DNA of 64,000 nucleotides from Candidatus Azotimanducaceae bacterium (GTDB lineage Bacteria; Pseudomonadota; Gammaproteobacteria; Pseudomonadales; Azotimanducaceae): NCBI GenBank assembly GCA_965199875.1, contig OZ241346.1, positions 1,098,895 to 1,162,894 of the forward strand, read 5' to 3'. Shown piece by piece: positions 9,501 to 17,652 of this stretch (position 1 is its first letter; each line of letters starts with the position of its first letter). The notes under the pieces were generated by a model. It saw only the letters and a program-made list of their open reading frames with translations, ran no database searches and was not told where the DNA came from. The position numbers and the translations under genes were made by a program.

Positions 9501-12500
9501 CGGAGCAGTACGACCACGGCACGGAGGTGAAGCTGACGGCGGTGCCGGACCTCAACCGCCGGCTCTCCGCGTGGGGCGGCGCCTGCTCCGGCAGCGCCAC
9601 CACCACCTGCACGGTCGCCATGGACGCCGACAAGACCGTCGGCGCGACGTTCGTCTGGGTGAAGCGCACGCTGACCGTCACCCGCCCCGTCCATGGCCAC
9701 GTCGCCGGCGCCGGCATCAGCTGCGGCGCCGGCAACCGGACGGACTGCACGGAGCAGTACGACCACGGCGCGGAGGTGAAGCTGACGGCGGTGCCGGACC
9801 CCAACCGCCGGCTCTCCGCGTGGAGCGGCGCCTGCTCCGGCAGCGCCGCCGCCTGCACCGTCGCCATGGACGCCGACAAGACCGTCGGCGCGACGTTCGT
9901 CTGGGTGAAGCGCACCCTGACCGTCGCCCGGCCCGCCCACGGACACGTCGCCGGCGCCGGCATCAGCTGCGGCTCCGGCGACCGGACGGACTGCACGGAG
10001 CAGTACGACCACGGCGCGGAGGTGAAGCTGACGGCGGTGCCGGACCTCAACCGCCGGCTCTCCGCGTGGAGCGGCGCCTGCTCCGGCAGCGCCCCTGCCT
10101 GCACGGTCGCCATGGACGCCGACAAGACCGTCGGCGCAACGTTCGTCTGGGTGAAGCGCACGCTGACCGTCGCCCGGCCCGCCCACGGACACGTCGCCGG
10201 CGCCGGCATCAGCTGCGGCTCCGGCGACCGGACGGACTGCACGGAGCAGTACGACCACGGCACGACGGTGACGCTCGAGGCCGTGCCCGACGCCAACCGC
10301 AAGCTGTCGGCCTGGAGCGGCGCCTGCTCCGCCAGCGCCAGCACCACCTGCCGCCTGCTCCTCGACGGCGACAAGACGGTCGGTGCCGCCTTCGTCTGGG
10401 TGAAGCGCACCCTGACCGTCGAACGCCCCGTCCACGGCCACGTCACCGGCGCCGGCATCAACTGCGGCTCCAGCGACGAAGGCACGGACTGCGCGAAGCA
10501 GTACGACCACGGCACGACGGTGGAGCTGACGGCAGAGCCGGACACCAACCGCGAGCTGTCGGCCTGGAGCGGCGCCTGCTCCGCCAGCGCCAGCACCACC
10601 TGCCCCGTCCTCCTCGACGGCGACAAGACGGTCGGCGCAGCGTTCGTCTGGGTCAAGCGCACGCTGACCGTCGAACGCCCCGTCCACGGCCACGTCGCCG
10701 GCGCCGGCATCAACTGCGGCTCCAGCGACGAAGGCACGGACTGCACGGAGCAGTACGACCACGGCACGACGGTGAAGCTGACGGCGGCGCCGGACGCCAA
10801 CCGCAAGCTGTCGGCATGGAGCGGCGCCTGCTCCGCCAGCGCCACCACCACCTGCGCCGTCCTCCTCGGCGGCGACGAGACGGTCGGCGCAGCGTTCGTC
10901 TGGGTGAAGCGCAAGCTGACCGTCACCCGACCTGCCCACGGCCACGTCGCCGCCAGCGGCATCAGCTGCGGTTCCGGCGGCCGCACGGACTGCACGGAGC
11001 AGTACGACCACGGCACCGCGGTGAAGCTGACGGCGACCGCGGAGTCCGGCTACGACTTCGCCAGCTGGGGCGGCGACTGCTCCGCCAGCGCCTCATCCAC
11101 TTGCAACTTGAGGATGAAAGAAGCCAGGACGGCGAGCGCGTCCTTCGCGGCCGAGTGCGCCGCGGCCACCGTTGCGCACTGCGCGCTGGACAGGGCGGAC
11201 TCCGGCGCCACGGTCTCCGGCGCTTGCGCAAGCGGCCACAACGGCAGCTGCCGCTACGCCTGCAACAACGGCGCCTGGTCCAAGAGCGTCAACACCTGCG
11301 TGCCGAACCCGCAGTGCGGGGACCCAAGCGTGGCCAGCGCCTGCAAGCCGGGCACCCGCAGCGAACCGCCCGACGACCTGGGCATCTGGGCGGTGTGTTC
11401 GAGCCCGACGAGCTGCGAAGCGGGCGCCCCCGGCTGGAGCACGACGCGGGTGGACGGCAAATGCGGCACCGCCGCCAGCCCGTGCGCCGCCGGAACCGAG
11501 AACAACCGCGTGGTCGGCACGAAGGAGACGACGTGGCGGTGCGAAGGCGTGGACGGCCAGAGGACGCTGACCTGCTACGGCACGGCGGGCGCCTGGAACT
11601 GGTCCTGCACCAACGGCACGGTGACCAGGAGCGACTGCACCCTCGGGTTCGAGGAGAACTCCGCCTCCTGCGGCGGCCTGGCCGACCCGGCGACAGACGA
11701 CAACGGCTGCAGGGAGTGCAACGCCGGCTACGGGGAGTGCAGCGGGGCGTGCGTGGCGAACTGCGGCCCCAACTCGACCCGGAACGCGGCCTGCGGCTGC
11801 GACTGCAAACCGGGCTACCGTGCGGACGGTGGCGTCTGCAAGAAGCTGTACACCCTGATGGTGAAGAAGACCGATGGCGGCAGCGTATCGAGTTCTCCGG
11901 CCGGCATCGCCTGCGGCACGGACTGCGCCGAGATGTACGTCGACGGCAAGATGGTGACGCTGACCGCCACGGCGGACGCCGGCTACCGGTTCGGGTCGTG
12001 GACCGGCTGCGATTCGTCGACGTCGGCGCCGCCCACCTGCAAAGTGACCATGAAAGGCGACAAGGCGGTCGACGCCACATTCGTCCCGATACACACCCTG
12101 ACCGTGACGAAGACCGCTGGCGGCAGCGTGTCGAGTTCTCCGGCCGGCATCGACTGCGGCACGGACTGCGCCGAGAAGTACGACCACGGCACCGAGGTGA
12201 CGCTGACGGCCACGGCGGACGCCGGCTACCGGTTCGGGTCGTGGACCGGCTGCAAACCGTCGACGTCGGCGCCGCCCACTTGCAAAGTGGACATGACCGG
12301 CGACAAGGCGGTCCACGCCACATTCGTCCGGATACACACCCTGACCGTGACGAAGACCGCTGGCGGCAGCGTGTCGAGTTCGGAGCCCGGCATCGACTGC
12401 GGCACGGACTGCGCCGAGAAGTACGACCACGGCACCGAGGTGACGCTGACGGCCACGGCGGACGCCGGCTACCGGTTCGGGTCGTGGACCGGCTGCAAGC

Positions 12501-14134
12501 CGTCGACGTCGGCGCCGTCCACTTGCAAAGTGGACATGACCGGCGACAAGGCGGTCCACGCCACATTCGTCCGGATACACACCCTGACCGTGACGAAGAC
12601 CGCTGGCGGCAGCGTGTCGAGTTCGGAGCCCGGCATCGACTGCGGCACGGACTGCGCCGAGAAGTACGACCACGGCACCGAGGTGACGCTGACGGCCACG
12701 GCGGACGCCGGCTACCGGTTCGGGTCGTGGACCGGCTGCAAGCCGTCGACGCCGTCGACGTCGGCGCCGTCCACTTGCAAAGTGGACATGACCGGCGACA
12801 AGGCGGTCCACGCCACATTCGTCCGGATACACACCCTGACCGTGACGAAGACCGCTGGCGGCAGCGTGTCGAGTTCGGAGCCCGGCATCGACTGCGGCAC
12901 GGACTGCGCCGAGAAGTACGACCACGGCACCGAGGTGACGCTGACGGCCACGGCGGACGCCGGCTACCGGTTCGGGTCGTGGACCGGCTGCAAGCCGTCG
13001 ACGTCGGCGCCGTCCACTTGCAAAGTGGACATGACCGGCGACAAGGCGGTCCACGCCACATTCGTCCGGATACACACCCTGACCGTGACGAAGACCGCTG
13101 GCGGCAGCGTGTCGAGTTCGGAGCCCGGCATCGACTGCGGCACGGACTGCGCCGAAAAGTACGACCGCGGCACCGAGGTGACGCTGACGGCCACGGCGGA
13201 CGCAGGCTACCGGTTCGGGTCGTGGACCGGCTGCAAGCCGTCGACGTCGGCGCCGTCCACTTGCAAAGTGGACATGACCGGCGGCAAGGCGGTCCACGCC
13301 ACATTCGTCCGGATACACACCCTGACGGTGACCCGGCCGACGCATGGCCACGTGACGGGCACCGGCATCTCCTGCGGTTCCGGGAACCGGACGGACTGCA
13401 CCGAGCAGTACGACCACGGCACCAAGGCGACGCTGACGGCGAGCTGGATCTCCACCACCCACGTCCTGACGTGGAGCGGCTGCGACATCAAGGACCAGAC
13501 GGCGCTGACGTGCAACGTGACCATGAGCGCCGACAAGACGGTCGCCGCGACGTACAAGCTGTCGTGTCCGGCCGGCTGCGAGTCCGCCACGTGCGGCACC
13601 ACGGAGGTCTGCAAGTGCGCCCGCGCATGCCCCCAGAGCTACGCGCGGCACGGGAACTGCATGGCGACCCAGGCCCGCACCTGCACGGGCGACACCGACG
13701 GCTGCGGCAGAAGCGTCCGCTACACGAGATGCACGACCGGCAAGGACCGTCCCGAGCTCGCCAACCGGCCGGCGGAGACCTGCCAGTACGAGGAACGCGA
13801 CCGCAGCATTCTGGGCTGCGCGCACCGGCAGCGCACCTGCCGGGCGACCATCACGCACATGGGCTGCGTGTTCTCGCCGGGCACGGACGAACCGGGTCCG
13901 ATCGGCTTCGGGGACGACGAGGAATGGTCCGAACACGCCCACGGCTACATTCTGCCGACGTTCGAGTGCGGCGCGAAGGCGAACACTTGCGACGTGGCGT
14001 TCGACGACGAGACGGTGACGACGGACGACTACGGCGTGGCGGCGAAGGACGACGCCGGGACGGAGTGGCTATGGGAGTGCCGCAGCGACAACGGCACGGT
14101 GCGGCAGTGCTCGCTGCCGAAGAGCGGCGGCTGA
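6527..14134 (+). CDS. Giant (about 2,535 aa) putative surface lipoprotein: Cys-rich N-terminal stretch, Calx-beta-like domain, 20 InlB-B-repeat-like units, EGF/furin-like Cys-rich modules
   Basis: Track ORF with TTG start. An alternative GTG at 6557 gives MRVWTRIAGCALAAC with lipobox-like LAAC. CxxCPP-type Cys-rich stretch at about 6900-7090. Calx-beta-like block GDYAVSGERRVVVAAGSRSASTTLRVTAVDDVEADGGETIVIG at about 7150-7420. Repeats carry the signature TLTV..G.V...GI.CG...DC.E.Y.HGT.V.LTA.....F..W.G.C.....C.V.M..DK.V.A.F. Cys-rich regions at 11150-11848 and 13560-14131. Confidence 0.85.
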   Translation: MSTEFGLAPGVRVWTRIAGCALAACAAGAAAPGGPAILVGEAEVRPGGTATLTLRAFGGAGEAVQLAASAEPAPLWLAEAEWTAGPSAAPRLDIELSPPADAAPGVYALTAHATNGAGLTTQAVAAWRVLPRCAGAERDAGGACRECPPDRTPNAAGTGCDPCPPGTRRGAGEAACAGCPAGGAAGACGGAKARSWKRGAASAAGAEAQPALVLSASPAELTESDAAAAVTVTATLSAPAASRLEVPLTFGGTAAAGDYAVSGERRVVVAAGSRSASTTLRVTAVDDVEADGGETIVIGTSLAGRAVTEATLTLREPAGPLLVVHVDGEALAPSSACGGFGRLCLPETSLQAGLTLELRHPPAHAYRKCRVEVGDGPNTARQAQRSRGRRHDYDIFASDPSRQGYHLNSGEDRTLSVSGWWLHVEHDGEEEGPESLTLRGKCGGSPNNRAHRDLRWAPTTVWIADVPWPKLTVERPSGGRVSGAGVDCGSGGGVDCEESYATGSVAELSAAADAHHRFAGWGGACSGSAASCTVELDADRRVSASFEATSHLLTVERPEHGRVTGSGIDCGSGSGSDCAERLAAGATARLSAAADANHRLLGWTGACAGTAGASCAVAMDGAKTAGAEFGAEQRWLWVSPPRRGRIAGPGIDCGSGSSDCTEQYDHGAEVELTATADANHELASWSGACEGAEASCALRMESNLAAGADFALVRRTLTVERPANGHVAAKGVDCGSGTRAACSTSKAHGSVVVAVATADEGYEFESWTGACGAARWPKCQLRLDGDLTVGATFKRAKRTLTVAPPANGHVAGPGIGCGSGSRTDCTEQYDHGTEAELTAVPDPNRRLSAWSGACSASATTTCTVAMDADKTVGAAFVWVKRTLTVERPAHGHVTGAGISCGAGDRTDCTEQYDHGTEVKLTAVPDPNRRLSAWSGACSGSATTTCTVAMDADKAVGAAFVWEKRTLTVARPAHGHVAGAGISCGAGDRTDCTEQYDHGTEVKLTAVPDLNRRLSAWGGACSGSATTTCTVAMDADKTVGATFVWVKRTLTVTRPVHGHVAGAGISCGAGNRTDCTEQYDHGAEVKLTAVPDPNRRLSAWSGACSGSAAACTVAMDADKTVGATFVWVKRTLTVARPAHGHVAGAGISCGSGDRTDCTEQYDHGAEVKLTAVPDLNRRLSAWSGACSGSAPACTVAMDADKTVGATFVWVKRTLTVARPAHGHVAGAGISCGSGDRTDCTEQYDHGTTVTLEAVPDANRKLSAWSGACSASASTTCRLLLDGDKTVGAAFVWVKRTLTVERPVHGHVTGAGINCGSSDEGTDCAKQYDHGTTVELTAEPDTNRELSAWSGACSASASTTCPVLLDGDKTVGAAFVWVKRTLTVERPVHGHVAGAGINCGSSDEGTDCTEQYDHGTTVKLTAAPDANRKLSAWSGACSASATTTCAVLLGGDETVGAAFVWVKRKLTVTRPAHGHVAASGISCGSGGRTDCTEQYDHGTAVKLTATAESGYDFASWGGDCSASASSTCNLRMKEARTASASFAAECAAATVAHCALDRADSGATVSGACASGHNGSCRYACNNGAWSKSVNTCVPNPQCGDPSVASACKPGTRSEPPDDLGIWAVCSSPTSCEAGAPGWSTTRVDGKCGTAASPCAAGTENNRVVGTKETTWRCEGVDGQRTLTCYGTAGAWNWSCTNGTVTRSDCTLGFEENSASCGGLADPATDDNGCRECNAGYGECSGACVANCGPNSTRNAACGCDCKPGYRADGGVCKKLYTLMVKKTDGGSVSSSPAGIACGTDCAEMYVDGKMVTLTATADAGYRFGSWTGCDSSTSAPPTCKVTMKGDKAVDATFVPIHTLTVTKTAGGSVSSSPAGIDCGTDCAEKYDHGTEVTLTATADAGYRFGSWTGCKPSTSAPPTCKVDMTGDKAVHATFVRIHTLTVTKTAGGSVSSSEPGIDCGTDCAEKYDHGTEVTLTATADAGYRFGSWTGCKPSTSAPSTCKVDMTGDKAVHATFVRIHTLTVTKTAGGSVSSSEPGIDCGTDCAEKYDHGTEVTLTATADAGYRFGSWTGCKPSTPSTSAPSTCKVDMTGDKAVHATFVRIHTLTVTKTAGGSVSSSEPGIDCGTDCAEKYDHGTEVTLTATADAGYRFGSWTGCKPSTSAPSTCKVDMTGDKAVHATFVRIHTLTVTKTAGGSVSSSEPGIDCGTDCAEKYDRGTEVTLTATADAGYRFGSWTGCKPSTSAPSTCKVDMTGGKAVHATFVRIHTLTVTRPTHGHVTGTGISCGSGNRTDCTEQYDHGTKATLTASWISTTHVLTWSGCDIKDQTALTCNVTMSADKTVAATYKLSCPAGCESATCGTTEVCKCARACPQSYARHGNCMATQARTCTGDTDGCGRSVRYTRCTTGKDRPELANRPAETCQYEERDRSILGCAHRQRTCRATITHMGCVFSPGTDEPGPIGFGDDEEWSEHAHGYILPTFECGAKANTCDVAFDDETVTTDDYGVAAKDDAGTEWLWECRSDNGTVRQCSLPKSGG
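7934..11149 (+). repeat. Coding tandem array, 13 units of about 82 aa (about 246 bp), InlB-B-repeat-like type I
   Basis: Units begin K/TLTVERP..G.V. From about 8,930 onward they become highly similar at the DNA level (e.g. recurring ggcatcagctgcggc...gaccggacggactgcacggagcagtacgaccacggc). This periodicity also produces the long antisense ORF 8809..11016. Confidence 0.85.
11849..13315 (+). repeat. Coding tandem array, 6 units of 243 bp (81 aa), type II InlB-B-repeat-like; the last five units are near-identical
   Basis: Units read HTLTVTKTAGGSVSSSEPGIDCGTDCAEKYDHGTEVTLTATADAGYRFGSWTGCKPSTSAPSTCKVDMTGDKAVHATFVRI. Antisense track ORFs recur at 11983, 12226, 12469, 12712, 12964 and 13207, a 243-nt period. 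One 252-nt step comes from a 9-nt PST insertion in the 4th unit, near 12745-12753. Confidence 0.9.
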
Positions 14135-17100
14135 TGCCGGGGTGCGCGCATCGGCGCGGGGCGCTGGCGGGCTTGGCGCTCGCCTCGGCGGCGGTGCTGG
14201 CGCTGGCTGCCTCGGCGGCGGACGCGCCGGCCGTGTTCGCGAGCGCGCCGTCCGAGGGGATGCCGGAGCGCATCCTGGAGCCGGGCGGACGCGGACTCGC
14301 GCCTCGGCCGGACGCGCCGAGGCTGCGCATGGCGCGGCTCGACTTCGGGAGCATGGCGGCCGTGCGCGAGGCGGCGGCCAGCGGCCGGAGTGCCGCGGCG
14401 CGGCTGAACCTGTTCGAGGACGCCGAGTTCGACTGGATCGTGCGGCGCGCGGCCGCCACGGCGGGGGGCTACTCGCTGTCCGGGCCGCTGGCCGGCGTGG
14501 AGGCGGGCACGGCGACGCTGGTGGCGAACGGCGGCATGGTCGTGGGTTCCGCATGGACCCCGGAGGCGGCCTACCGCATCCGCACCGTCGGCCGAACGCA
14601 GATCGTGGAGCGCGTCGATCCTTCGCGGTGGCCGGCGTGCGCCGGCACCTTCAAGGTCGGCGCGGCGCTGCCCGGCGGCGCGACCGCGCGCGACTCTTCG
14701 GCGGCCGCGCCCGACGACGGCTCGGAGATCGACCTGCTGGTGGTCTACACGCCGCACGGGCGGCGGAAGGTCGGGGGGCACCGGGCCGTGCTGGCGGAGA
14801 TCGACCACGAAGTGGCGTGGGCGAACGAGGCGCTCGCGGCGTCCGGCGCAGCACACCGCGCGCGCCTGGTCGGGGCGGCCGAGGTCGACTACCGGCAGCC
14901 GGACGACACCCGCGCCCTCGCCCACCTGGCCATCCAGGGCGACGGCCACATGGACGAGGTCCACGCGCTGCGCGACCGTCTCGCCGCGGATGCCGTCGTG
15001 CTCAAGACGGCGTGGATCGGCAGCGCGTTCGGCTTGCTCTTCCCGGACAACCCCCGGTCGGTGGCATCGTTCGGCGCGACCGACGTCGGCGGCAATCCGA
15101 GCGCGATCGCGCACGTGCTGGGGCACGTCATGGGCGCCCACCACGACCGCGCCAACTACAACGGCAACCTCCCCTTTCCCTACAGCCACGGCTACGAGCT
15201 GCCGGACGTTCGATTCGGGCTCGAACCGCAGCCGGAGGACGAGGTCTTCCCGTACTGGACGATCATGGGATCGAGCGGCGGCAACATGCCGCGCTTCTCC
15301 AACCCCCGCCAGCGCTTCCGCGGCGTGGCGCTGGGCGTGCCGGGGGACGAGCCGTCGTCGCGGGTGGACGGCCCGGCGGACGCGGTGCGAAGCATGGACG
15401 AGACGCGCCGCCTGGTGGCGAACCACCGGCGCAGCGCTACGCGCTGCCGCTACCGGCTGTCGGCGCCGCCGGAGGTTCCGGCGGCTGGCGGGACGTACTC
15501 GCTGCGCGTGGAGGCGGACGCCGGCTGCGCGTGGACGGCGCGCGCCGCCGACGGCTTCACGACCGTCGCGGGCGACGCGGGCGGAGTCGGCGACGGCGCG
15601 GTGGAGTACCGGGTGCCGGCGAACGCCGGCTGGTCGCGCGAGGCGGCGCTGTCGGTGGCGGGGCGGATGCATGTGGCCGTGCAGCCGGGCGCCCGCCCGG
15701 TGAAGCCCGTGTGCGAGCGCCACCGGGTCGTCCGCGAGGCGCTCGAGGCCGAGCTGGGGGCGGGCTGCGCGGACATCGCCGCGGCGGACCTGGCGCGGGT
15801 CGCGGAGCTGGACATCGCGGACGACTTCGAGATCGAAGGCGGCGCCGGAGTGGCGCCCGGCGACTTCGACGGCCTGTCCAACCTGGGCTACCTGGACTTT
15901 ATCGTGCCGGCCGGCGAAACGCTGCTGGAGGGCACGTTCGACGGACTGTCCGGCCTGGCGTGGATGGAAGTGGGCGCCTACGGGCCCGTCCCGCTGCGCC
16001 CCGGATCGTTCCGAGGGCTGGAGAACCTGGTCTATCTCGTCGTCCACTCGGATGTGCATGGCGACGCCGCTCCACTGCCGCCCGGCACGTTCGAAGGAAT
16101 GCCGCGGCTGCGCGAACTGACGCTTTGGGAATCCCGCGAGACGATTGCGCCCGGCCTGTTCGACGGGCTGTCCAGCCTGGATCGCCTCGACGTGGTCGGG
16201 ACGGGCCTCGCGCATCTGTCGCCCGGGGCGTTCCGCGGCCTGCCCGGGCTGCGCCGGCTGGAAGTGAACAACAGCTTCGGAAGTTTGCACTTCGGGAGTT
16301 CGCCGCTCGAGCTGGAGGCGGGCGTGTTCGACGGGCTGCCGAGCCTCCGGGAGCTGGTGCTCGTCTCCATGGCGGGCGTGCCGCCGGGCCTGTTCGCGGG
16401 GCTGTCCGAACTCCAGGCCCTGTGGCTGGAGTACAACGCCTTCGACTCGCTGGAGGCGGGCGCGTTCGACGGGCTGTCGTCGCTCCACAGCCTCTTCCTC
16501 GACAACGACAACCCGAGGTACGCCCACAGCCCGCACCGGCACGAGCTGCCGACGCTGCCGCCGGGCCTGTTCGCGGGGCTGCCCCGCCTGGCGCTGCTGG
16601 ACCTCGGCGGCGTGGGGCTGCGCGAGCTGCGGCCGGGCGCGTTCCGCGAAGCGGGGGCGACGCTGAACGACCTCCGCCTCCCCAACAACCGTCTGGCGGC
16701 CCTCGACGCCGGCACGTTCGACGGCGCGCCCGGGCTGCGCGCCCTCCATCTGGACGGCAACCGTCTGGAAGAGCTGCCGCCCGGGCTGTTCGACGGCCTG
16801 CGCGAACTGCGGCTTCTGCGACTGAACGGCAACCGTCTGGAGCGGCTGCCGCCCGGGCCGTTCAAGAACCTGGCCTCGCTGAACAGCCTCGCCCTGCACG
16901 ACAACCGGCTCGCCGCGCTGCCGCCGGAGCTGTTCGCCGGCGCCGGCGCCGGACGGCCGGACGGCCCGCATCTGCTGACGCTGCACGGCAATCCCGGCGC
17001 TCCCTTCGCGTTGCCGCTGGAACCGGTCGTGGCGTCGGCGCCCTGGCGGCGCCCGGCGCGGGTCGGCGTGCGGATCGCCGAAGGCGCGCCGCTGGCGCTG

Positions 17101-17652
17101 GACGCGCCCCTGGACGCCGTCGGCGGCGTCCTGGAGGCGCGGTCGGCGCCGCTGGCGCCCGGAGCGGTTCTCGGCGGCTCCCTGGCGGTGTCGCCCGACG
17201 GCGGCGAACCGGTCGTCGTGCGCGTCGGCGCGATCCCGGACCTGCCCGGCGCGGAGTGCGCCGCCGTCGTCGACGCCGGCAGGCCGTGCCAGACGCTGGC
17301 GCGCACGGGCATGGCGCTGGCGGCCGGACGGCCCCTCGTGCTCAACGGCGTGGCGCCCATGCGGGAGTTCGGCGAACCGGCGGAGATCGACCTCTCGAAC
17401 GTGTTCCTGGAGTTCGACGGCTCGGACGCGGCGGCGTTCGCGGTTTCGGTCAGCGACCCCGCGGTGGCCACGGCGGAGACCGCGGGCGCGCTGCTGCGGG
17501 TGTCCCCGGCGGACCACGGCACGGCGACGGTGACGGTGACGGCGACCGCGGCGGACGGCCGGACGGCGACGCGGAGCTTCGCCGTCGCGGTGCCGCGCCA
17601 GCCGCGCTTCCTGCGCGGCTGGCGGCTGACGCTTCTGGACGGCGGCGGCTGA
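14134..17652 (+). CDS. Paralog A: secreted reprolysin-like pseudo-metalloprotease / Ig(BACON)-like / LRR / Ig-like protein (1,172 aa)
   Basis: ATG 14134 overlaps the giant-gene TGA (tgATG); this is the real part of track ORF 6421..17652. Signal peptide MPGCAHRRGALAGLALASAAVLALAASAADA. Zinc motif HVLGHVMGAHHD (15112-15147) and Met-turn-like YWTIMG. Block GGTYSLRVEADAGCAWTARA...YRVPANAGWSREAALSVAG. Cys cap KPVCER...GAGCADI followed by many L..L.L..N.L..LP.GLF.GL repeats. Ig-like HGTATVTVTATAADGRTATRSFAVAV, then tail PRFLRGWRLTLLDGGG. Confidence 0.85.
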   Translation: MPGCAHRRGALAGLALASAAVLALAASAADAPAVFASAPSEGMPERILEPGGRGLAPRPDAPRLRMARLDFGSMAAVREAAASGRSAAARLNLFEDAEFDWIVRRAAATAGGYSLSGPLAGVEAGTATLVANGGMVVGSAWTPEAAYRIRTVGRTQIVERVDPSRWPACAGTFKVGAALPGGATARDSSAAAPDDGSEIDLLVVYTPHGRRKVGGHRAVLAEIDHEVAWANEALAASGAAHRARLVGAAEVDYRQPDDTRALAHLAIQGDGHMDEVHALRDRLAADAVVLKTAWIGSAFGLLFPDNPRSVASFGATDVGGNPSAIAHVLGHVMGAHHDRANYNGNLPFPYSHGYELPDVRFGLEPQPEDEVFPYWTIMGSSGGNMPRFSNPRQRFRGVALGVPGDEPSSRVDGPADAVRSMDETRRLVANHRRSATRCRYRLSAPPEVPAAGGTYSLRVEADAGCAWTARAADGFTTVAGDAGGVGDGAVEYRVPANAGWSREAALSVAGRMHVAVQPGARPVKPVCERHRVVREALEAELGAGCADIAAADLARVAELDIADDFEIEGGAGVAPGDFDGLSNLGYLDFIVPAGETLLEGTFDGLSGLAWMEVGAYGPVPLRPGSFRGLENLVYLVVHSDVHGDAAPLPPGTFEGMPRLRELTLWESRETIAPGLFDGLSSLDRLDVVGTGLAHLSPGAFRGLPGLRRLEVNNSFGSLHFGSSPLELEAGVFDGLPSLRELVLVSMAGVPPGLFAGLSELQALWLEYNAFDSLEAGAFDGLSSLHSLFLDNDNPRYAHSPHRHELPTLPPGLFAGLPRLALLDLGGVGLRELRPGAFREAGATLNDLRLPNNRLAALDAGTFDGAPGLRALHLDGNRLEELPPGLFDGLRELRLLRLNGNRLERLPPGPFKNLASLNSLALHDNRLAALPPELFAGAGAGRPDGPHLLTLHGNPGAPFALPLEPVVASAPWRRPARVGVRIAEGAPLALDAPLDAVGGVLEARSAPLAPGAVLGGSLAVSPDGGEPVVVRVGAIPDLPGAECAAVVDAGRPCQTLARTGMALAAGRPLVLNGVAPMREFGEPAEIDLSNVFLEFDGSDAAAFAVSVSDPAVATAETAGALLRVSPADHGTATVTVTATAADGRTATRSFAVAVPRQPRFLRGWRLTLLDGGG

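Noticed and set aside
11849..13315. Regular 243-bp periodic repeats: CRISPR array or satellite?
   Set aside because: The units are contiguous with no unique spacers, are 243 bp long, lie in frame within a long ORF and encode a recognisable protein repeat. No cas genes are present in the window.
14134..14230. Twin-arginine (Tat) export of the paralogs (HRRGALAGLALASAA)
   Set aside because: An RR pair is present, but the consensus S/T-R-R-x-F-L-K is poorly matched. A Sec signal is equally compatible, so only 'signal peptide' is claimed.
6421..17652. 3,743-aa track ORF, the longest in the window
   Set aside because: Chimera. From 6421 to 14133 it is an Arg/Gly-rich out-of-frame read-through of the giant gene, with repetitive RRRHQLR... 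junk mirroring the real repeats. Only the part from ATG 14134 (paralog A) is genuine. The same logic applies to 14142..21158 (real from 17652) and 17660..26050 (real from 21158).
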